Source of the DNA: the human T2T-CHM13v2.0 reference genome, Homo sapiens
Assembly (NCBI RefSeq): GCF_009914755.1
Contig: NC_060928.1
Length of the DNA: 64,000 bases
Direction: 5' to 3' (one strand)
Part shown: positions 54,587 through 64,000 of the stretch, piece by piece
Numbering within the stretch: position 1 is the stretch's first letter
Layout: each line of letters starts with the position of its first letter
Notes under the pieces: generated by a model
Told to the model about the DNA's origin: nothing
What the model saw: only the letters and a program-made list of their open reading frames with translations
Databases searched by the model: none
Position numbers and translations under genes: made by a program

Positions 54587-55800
54587 TCTACACCAACAAA
54601 TCAATCACTGTCCTGAATTAAATATGTGATTTCCATCAAATGCATTTAGTAGAATGTAAAGAAGAATTTTTTTCCCCAGAGGGAAATTTGGATATAATTC
54701 CATGAAGAATGAATAGAGGCTAGTTGACAAAAACATTTGCTGTAGCCTTTGAGAAGAATATGTATGACTATTTTGATTTATGGGCTTTTTTTTTAAGTAA
54801 TTAAGTCTTAATAGTGTCAGGAAATTGTGTTTTCATATGAAAAGAAGAATTGCATATTAAATGTCTTTAATTTGGTATGTGGTGAAGTTATACATGCTAT
54901 CTTCTATCATACTTTGATAATATATTATAGATAATTACAGCTTATAAATCTAATTTAATGAAGATTGTGTGGTGTATACATCTGTTTAATTGTTAGTTTG
55001 GACTTCTTTTTGTGATTTTGATTTTAGGTTATCTTTCCATTGCCTGCACAGGAATTTCTATATCAATTCACAGTGGGCACCACAATATGAAATTGTGGGA
55101 ACTTCGTTAAAATAGAGCCAGTGTTTCTAAATTTCTTTAAGTATCTCTGCCTGGCTTTAATATTGCATGATTAATATAAAAAATCATTTAGCTTTTGTGA
55201 GTTAGTCAGGATCTATTGGCCTAGTTTCAAAAGTTGGTCTCCTGAGCATAATGGACATAACTGAAACTCCTGTTAAGTTTTTCCATTTTAATGAAAATAT
55301 TAAATGACTTGTGGAGTAGCATGGCAAATTTGCTGCCCAGATCTCAGAGGGGCAGGCTATGATTTCATTCAGCTGCCTTCTGCTGTTTTATTCTCAACAT
55401 TTAGAAACTTTATTAAAATGATTTCAGTCCTTTGACTTTGTTTTCAGATCATTGCTTTCTAAGGTGACTTAGGTTTTTATTTTATTTTCATAATTTTCTC
55501 TTTATAATTGAAAGCTACAAAAGGGCACCATAGAGAATGGAAAATAAAAATGCACTGATTAATTCTGTGGTTTTGCTTTTCTGAACTGTGGATTGAGTAA
55601 AGCAGTGTAATAGGGTGATATGCTTGGAACTACAAAAAGCTTTGGTTTTAGAAAAAAGTTCTAATTATTAGTTTCAGAATATAACTAACTACAATTAACA
55701 TTAAAAGTAGCTTTAATGGTTTTCTGATAGAGAAAAAAATTGAATACAATTGAAAATGCACTTTAACATTTAGCATGTGCATTTAGAATAAAATGATAGT

Positions 55801-56103
55801 TTTTTGGTTGTTTGTTTTGTTTTGTTTTTTGTTTTTGAGACAGGGTCTCACTCTGTCATCCAGGCTGGAGTGCAGTTGTGCCATGTCGGCTCACTGCCTC
55901 CGGGTTCAAGCTATTCTCCCACCTTAGCCTCCCGAATAGCTGGGGCTCCAGACATGCACTACCACCCCTGGCTAATTTTTGTATTTTTTGGTGGAAACAG
56001 GGTTTCACCATGTTGGCCAGTCTGGTCTCTTGACCTCAAGTGATCCGCCTGCCTCGGTCTTCCGAAGTGCTGGGATTATAGGCATGAACCACCGCACTTG
56101 GCC
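55801..56103 (-). mobile_element. AluJ (Jb-like)
   Basis: gagacagggtctcactctgtc...; TSD tagaataaaa(a)tgatagt on both sides. Confidence 0.95.
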
Positions 56104-56369
56104 TAGAATAAAAATGATAGTTATTTAGTGCATTTCTTTTACTTGGAAAATATAAAGACTTTTACCAGGACTTTTGGCATTATGTATTTTACAAAATTAT
56201 TGTTAATATTTTCATGCATCTACATTAATTGCTGTTATATATAAAGTAGGAAAGGGCACAGAGTAAGAGGAAAGGATGCAATTAAATCTAATCAGAGGGT
56301 AAAAGTTTAAATTCTGTATTTCTGTCACCTGTTTTGCTGCATAAAAGTGAATAGGCTAAAAATCTAAAA

Positions 56370-56590
56370 AAATAGGAAACTTCACTACACTAAGCATTTG
56401 AAATATATTGACATTTGTAATTTTTACTACAGTCTATAAGATTGTTAAAATTATCATACCCATTTCTAGATGAAGAAGGCCAAAACCCAGAGAGGTTTAC
56501 TAAGTTCACAGTGTCCCACAGTTAAATGAGTAATAGAGCTAGAATTCAAACCCAGATAGCCTGACCTAAAGCTAGACATATTAGCCATTA
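56370..56590 (-). mobile_element. MIR
   Basis: cccatttctagatgaagaag...cagagaggttt...agagctagaattcaaacccagatag. Confidence 0.7.
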
Positions 56591-57729
56591 CTTTATATCT
56601 TTAATATGGACATAGTAACCATTACTTTATAACCTTAGACTTTTTACTTAGTCTTTGGATACTTTGGTTTGTATGTAAAGACTAAGTGCTAATACCTTGG
56701 AAAGTCACAAAAATATAAGGATTGGCCTACTCTTTTTACCAAAGTGTTAAACATGTTGAAATTTCTCAGCATATTCCATGTGTATAATAAATTAGGTACT
56801 AATTTTTGTTTCTTTTATTTCTGGCATATCATGTTCTGTGTATTTTTTCCCATAAAAACAAAGTAAAACAAAAGATAGGGTTTTCAGTGTCTCATTTTGT
56901 GTTAGTAACTCAGTTCTATCATTGCCAACATCTAACAAGAAATTCCTGACTCCAGGAACAGTTTTACACATACAACAATAAAAGTGATTCCATATGTCCT
57001 TCTAAAATGTTTCAATTACATATAGGTTGTATGCCTATTGTCAGGCATAGGAATGTATACATTCCCTGGTCACTTTCCCCACTGATAAATGCAGCTTTCT
57101 TTTCATTTGTTTTATTTGGTTTCTTTACAGAATTATGTGATTCATCATTTTCCTTGAGAACATTCATGTTAAGTCATTCAAGCTTTGTGATTAATTCACT
57201 CCTTTAAGCAAAAAATTTAAAGTTTATCATATTTTTATATGTAAGCAAATAAATGACATTCCCGTACTAGGAATATAAAAAATTCAGTGAAGATACTGAT
57301 TTTTGAAGTGGTTGAAATCTGTGTTATATAATACATTATAAATACATGTTACAAATTTATAATAAAATATTTACTGTTGCCTACATGGTAGTAACAAGGA
57401 TCCCAAATAATAAAGATTAACAGTTTTTCCTTTTTGCCCAATTTCTTCTGAAATTTTTCTTATCCTCTATTTTAGAATCTGGAAGAACACTTGGTACATA
57501 GTATGTGATTAATAAAAAATTTTAAAAATACTTAAATTTTATTTAATTGTATGATGCAAAAATCTTTCCTCATTAACCTGAAATGAAATTCCACATTATA
57601 TGCTTGACAGCTTTTTCTGCTTTAGCTACATGTTTTCCCTTTGCTCAGAATTTTAACACAAATTGATTTGTACATCAGAAAATCCTTTGAGCAAAACAGT
57701 GAAAATAAACACACTAGACAATGACTTAC

Positions 57730-57749
57730 CATTTAAAAAAATACATTTT
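57730..57749 (-). other. Candidate 20-nt micro-exon
   Basis: Minus strand: gatttacttttatctctAG|AAAATGTATTTTTTTAAATG|GTAAGT; the very AT-rich body makes a chance match plausible. Confidence 0.25.
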
Positions 57750-58294
57750 CTAGAGATAAAAGTAAATCTTTCTTGCACTAATCTCTATGCTATTATTTCC
57801 AAAGTGTGAATTCACTAAGTTGGATTATACCAGAAATGATTGTGGGTGCTCTGAATTTAAGGAACGTTTATTTACAGAAGGAGAATTAAATTTCCTTTAA
57901 CAGTACCTACTGTTTCTTGAGATAGAATTTTTAATCAAATTTTAGCGTGGAGATGATAGATCTTTAACACCTTAATATATTCAACCTCTTACTTTAAGAA
58001 AGAGAGAGGAGGTACTAGACTAAGCCCCTCATCAGACAATACGATCTATGTAAAATTTAACAATATTGGTCTGTTTTCATGGTATTTATTTGTGATGACT
58101 ATAGTCTATAGCAAGTGGTACTGGTTTTCCACATGATACTGAAATGAGATTTTCTCTACACATATATGTAAGTTAAAATTTGAGTTTAAGAAATGTAAAA
58201 ATAAATAATAGGTAGTACACTGATATGGCCTTTGAAGGTGATATGTGGAAGACTGAAATTTAGGTAACTGCCATTTATCATTGGAATTAGCAGC

Positions 58295-58640
58295 TACTAT
58301 GGTTGGATGTTTGTGATCCCTCAATATTCATATGTTGAAACCTAATCCCTAATGTGATAGTATTAAGAAGTGGGGCCTTTAGAAGGTGATTAAGTCTTAA
58401 GGGCTTCGCCAGCTGAATGTGATTAGTGTCCTTATAAAAGGGATCTGAGAGAGTTTGTTTGCCCCTTCCTCCATGTGAGAACACATAGAATGCACCATCT
58501 CTGAAGAATAAGGCCCCCACTTGACACCAATTCTTGCCAGTGCCTTGATTTAAGTTTCCCAAACTCCAGAACTGTGAGAAATTTTTATAAGTTACACAGT
58601 CTAAGTTATTTTGTTACATCAGCCCCAATGGACTAAGACT
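58295..58640 (+). mobile_element. MLT1A-like solo LTR
   Basis: tactatggttggatgtttgtgatccctcaatattcatatgttgaaacctaatccc...ggactaagac. Confidence 0.88.
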
Positions 58641-59375
58641 TCGGCATAATAATTATAACAAAGAAATATCTACATTCTACATTTTAAAGCATAATAATGA
58701 TTTCTTCCAATTTCTGATATGGAAAGAAAAAGTAACTGTAATGTAATGTGTAGTAATAGACATGGTTTATAAGTGTTTTAAAATAATAGAAAATATAGAA
58801 TAATGCAGAGCTTCCTGTGGAAAAGTAACAAAATATTTAGGTACAGATAATTGTAGAGTTGTTTAATAAGTTTTTTGGTAGCTTTTTAACCTCAAACTTT
58901 GGAGTCTACAAAGGAAAAAAAAAAAGGAATAAAAGAGATTCTATTTGAAGAAATAGTGAATGGCATTAAAAGTTTCTTGAATGATGGGAAAGTTGCTATC
59001 TGGGAAAAACTACTTTAAAGTAAATGTAATCACAGAGATACTAGGGAAAAGCTAGATATTTATAAGCCTCTACATGAAATTCATACTGGGGGATAATATT
59101 ACAGTACTCAAAATAAATGAATTATAAAGGTAAATATGTAAATATTTGAAATGATTATTCAAAGAGGTCGAGTATATCATTAGACAGACTTCATAAATGT
59201 TTATGAGCAATAAGTATGTGCCAACTTAAGTAGAAAATATTAATTAACAATATAATCTCTCTGAGCATTGAAAAGAAATTAACAGAAGCTGTTAAAATAT
59301 TGTAAGTGCTATGTTCCTTGAAGAAGGAAGCACTTTCCTAACTGTTCCCTGGAGTTGTTGAAAATCTTTATTAGT

Positions 59376-59685
<310 letters not shown>

Positions 59686-60294
59686 CTATGAGCAATATGA
59701 TCAATTTAAAGTAAAAATTATTTTCAATGAATAAGTATTTATTTAGGTAAACCATTGCAACAAATTGGACTTTTCTTTTTTAATTAATAGATTTTATTTT
59801 TTGTGTAGTTATAATTTATTTCTAAAATGAGCAGAAAGTGCAGGTCCCCTGTATCTCCTTACCATGCCCCACTGTTTCCCTGATTATTGACATCTTGTAT
59901 TAGTATAGTATTTTTGTTATATAATTGATGAACCAGTATCAATACATTGTTATAAACCAAACTCCATAATTTATATTAAGGTTTATTCTTTGTGTTGTGC
60001 CTTATATGAATTTTGAAATGTATAATAATATGGATTTACTCTCATCAGAGTATTATGTAGGACAGTTTCACTTCCCTAAATTGCCCTGTGCTCTCCTATT
60101 CATCCTTTCCCCTCATGCCCCACAAACTCCTGGCAACCACTGATCTTTTTACTGTGTCCATAGTTGGCCTTTTCTAAAATGACATATTGTTGAAATCATA
60201 AGAGTATATATAGTCTTTTCAGATTGGATTACTTCACTTAGCAATATGCATTTAAGATACTTGCATGATACTTGCATATCATACTGGGGCTTGA

Positions 60295-60581
<287 letters not shown>

Positions 60582-63164
60582 TTATTTCTTTTTATCATTG
60601 GATGTATTATATTGTATGGATATACCACAGTTTGTTTATTCATTAACCTATTCAAGGATATCTTGGATGGTTCCAAATTATGGCAATTGTGATTAAAACT
60701 GCGGTTAATACTCATGTGCAGGTTTTGATGTGGGCATACAACAATTTTCAACTCACTTAGGTAAATACTAAGGAGCACAATTGCTGGATCCTATGATAAG
60801 AGTGTGTTTAATTTTATAAAAAATTGCAAAACTGTCTTCCAAAGTGGCTGGGCTATTTTGCGTATCCACCAGCAATGAATGAGATCTCCTTTTGTTTCAC
60901 ATCTTCATCAGTATTTGATGTCAGTGTTTTGGATTTTCATCATTCTCACAGGTTTAAAGTGGTATCTGTTTGTTTTAATTTGAAATTCCCTAATAGCATA
61001 CGATGTTGAGCATTTTTTCATGTGCTTATTTGCCATCTGTATATCTGTTTTAGTGAGGTGTCTATAGATAACTTTTGCCCATTTTAAATTATATTGTTTG
61101 TTTCTTATTTTTGAGTTATAAGATATTTTTGTATATTTTGGGTACCAGTCCATTATCAGATATGTGCTTTGAAAATATATTTTCCTAGTCTATAGTTTCT
61201 CCTTTCTTTCTCTTCACAGTGTCTTTTGCAGAGCAAAAGTTTTAGTTTTAATGAGCTTCAACTTATGAGTTTTTTTTTGTTTGTTTGTTTTATGCATCAG
61301 GCTTTAGTGTTGTATCTAAAAATTCATCACCAAACTCAAGGTCACCAAGATTTTCTCCTGTGGTATCATTTAGAAGTTTTATATCTTTGTGTTTACATTT
61401 AGATGTATGGTTCATTTTGAGTTAATTTTGTGAAAGGTATAACGTCTGGGTGTAGATTTATTTTTTGCATGTGGATTTTGAGTTTCAGCACCACTTGTGA
61501 AAAGACTATTATATTTCCATTTATTTGACTTTGTTCCTTTGTCAAACATCACTTGACTATATTTGCTATTTTGTTCCATTAATCTATTTGTCTTTTACTT
61601 CATCAACCTCACACTGTCTTGATTACTGTAAATTTATAGTGTATCTTGAAGTTTGGTAGTATCAGTCTTCCAACTTTTTTACTTCTTCAATATTGTGTTA
61701 AATATTATGAGTCTTTTGCTTTTTCTTATGAAATTTAGAACACATTATTATTTTTTTTTTGCATCCACAAAATGACTCACTGAGATTTCGGCTGGGATTG
61801 TGTTTAATGTATTGATCAAGTTGGGAAGAATTGAAATCTTGACAATGTTAAGTATTCTTATACATGTAGATAGAATATATTTGTATTTATTTAGATCTTC
61901 TTTGATTTTTTTCATCAGAATATTGTAGTTTTTCTCATACAGATTTTATACTTATTTTGATATATTTATATCTAAGTATTCAATTTTTGAGATGTACTAA
62001 TTTAAATGGTATTATGTTTTCCATTTCAAATTCCAATTTTTCATGGCTAGTATTAAGAAAAAAATTGACTTTTGCTTATTAGTCTTATATCCTCCAATAT
62101 TGCTGTAATCACTTCTTAGTGCCAGTAGTTTTTTTTTTGTCAATTCTCTGCAATTTTCTACATTAATAATCATGTCACCACCTTAAAAAGACAGTTTTAT
62201 TTCTTCCTTCCCAATCTGTCTACTTTTTATTTCCTTTTTTGTTGTTCTTATTTCATTGGCTGGTACTCCCAGTATGATGTTGAGTAGAAGTGTAAGAACA
62301 GACTTCCTTGCCTTGTTCCTGATATTAGCAGGAAAAGCATATAGTTTTTCACTGTTAAGTATGATGTTAGCTGTAAGAGTTTATAGATTTTTTATCAAAT
62401 TGAGAAAGTTCCTATTTAATCTTAGATTGCTGATGGTTTTACTTATGAATTATGAATGAGAATTGGTTTTTTTAGATGCTTTTGCTGCATCTATTAAAAT
62501 AATAATATAATTTCTCTTATTTAGCCCGTTGATGTGAGGGATTATAGTAATTGATTTTTGAATATTGAATCAGCCTTGCACACCTGTCATAAATTCCATT
62601 TGATCATGGTGTATAATTCTTTATATACATTGTTGGATTTAATGTGCTTTCTTTTAGGATTTATGCATCTATGTTCCTGAGAGATATTGGTCTATAATGT
62701 TTTTGTCTTGTAACTGATTTGTCTGGTTCTGGATTAGGGTAATGATGGCCTAGAAGAATGAGTTAGGAAATATTCCCACTACTTCCATTTTTTGGAGGAA
62801 ACTAGAGAATTGCTGTAATTTCATTTTTAAATTATTGGTAGAATTCATCTGAGCTTGGTGCTTTCATTTTGGAATGTTATTATTTACTGATCCAATTTTT
62901 TAAATAGATGTTTAGATTAGTTCTTCTGATGTGAGTTTTGGTAGATTGTGTGTCTTTCAAGGAATTGCTCCATTTCATCCAGGTTATCAAATGTGTGGGC
63001 ACATAGTTGTTCACAATATTTTTTTATAATCCTTTTAACATCCAGTGGTTCAGTAATGATAGTTGCTTTTTTATTTCTCATCATAGCAATTTGGGTCTCT
63101 CATTATTTCTTCCTTAACCTGGCTAGAGGTTGAAACAGATTTTGATTTTGTTGATTTTTTAAAA

Positions 63165-63473
<309 letters not shown>

Positions 63474-64000
63474 AATTTTTTTATGTTGATTCTCTTTTTT
63501 CAATTTATGTTTTTGACTAAGGGTTGGGTGTTTTTTTTACTGTTTGCTGTAGCTATAGGTGTCAGAGGTTAAATTTTTCCCTAATTTCCTTGGTTTTGTC
63601 TTCCCTGTTGGGTTTGAGTTACCTAAGAGACAAATTCATCTTTAAATAAGGTCTCAGTCATGTACTTCTTTCAGTTGTATTCTCCTGATGTAATGGTAAG
63701 TTGTAGAAAGGCAAATGGTCTAAAGTCTTACATTAGGCCTCCTTCTGTTACTGAGCCTGTGCACCTTATAGAAGTCAATAACCCTTAAAGGGCTTCCAAG
63801 TTCTGTTTTGAAGTCTGGAGGGGGCTAACGTTGTATATTTCTCATTTCCCAGTTTGTTTACTTTATGGTAAAACCCCAGTAGGTAAGGCTGTGCTACAAT
63901 AGTTTGTCTTGAGGTCAGGCCTTTCAAAATGGTTACTTTTTCTCTTCCCCTGCTGGAAGCAAGAGAGTTTTTCTTTTTTTTTTTCCTCTCAGGTTTTCAC

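Noticed and set aside
55430-55475. Plus-strand 16-nt micro-exon-like unit (tttcAG|ATCATTGCTTTCTAAG|GTGACT)
   Set aside because: Weak donor; such matches are frequent by chance in AT-rich DNA.

Overview
AT-rich, CpG-depleted primate (human-like) genomic DNA; AluJ/S/Y, THE1/MST/MLT LTRs, L1M, L2, MIR and MER DNA transposons establish this. There is no intact multi-codon gene, RNA gene, CRISPR array or prokaryotic system. The supplied ORFs are chance ORFs or repeat remnants (L1 ORF1/ORF2, MST-int, Alu). The best non-repeat signal is a set of minus-strand splice elements: a probable terminal exon (14183 down to ~13840) with branch point, long pyrimidine tract, AU-rich UTR and AATAAA, plus small candidate exons of 26 nt (46862-46887), 34 nt (49638-49671), 20 nt and 88 nt. 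Together they look like the 3' end of a large gene with alternative short C-termini; I could not identify the gene, and these are motif-based inferences only. Structural oddities include a ~218-bp, ~95%-identical inverted copy of part of a neighbouring full-length MSTA element, an inverted MER30 pair, inverted Alu pairs and nested insertions with intact target-site duplications (TSDs). Repeat subfamily names come from recalled consensus motifs, and many boundaries are approximate.
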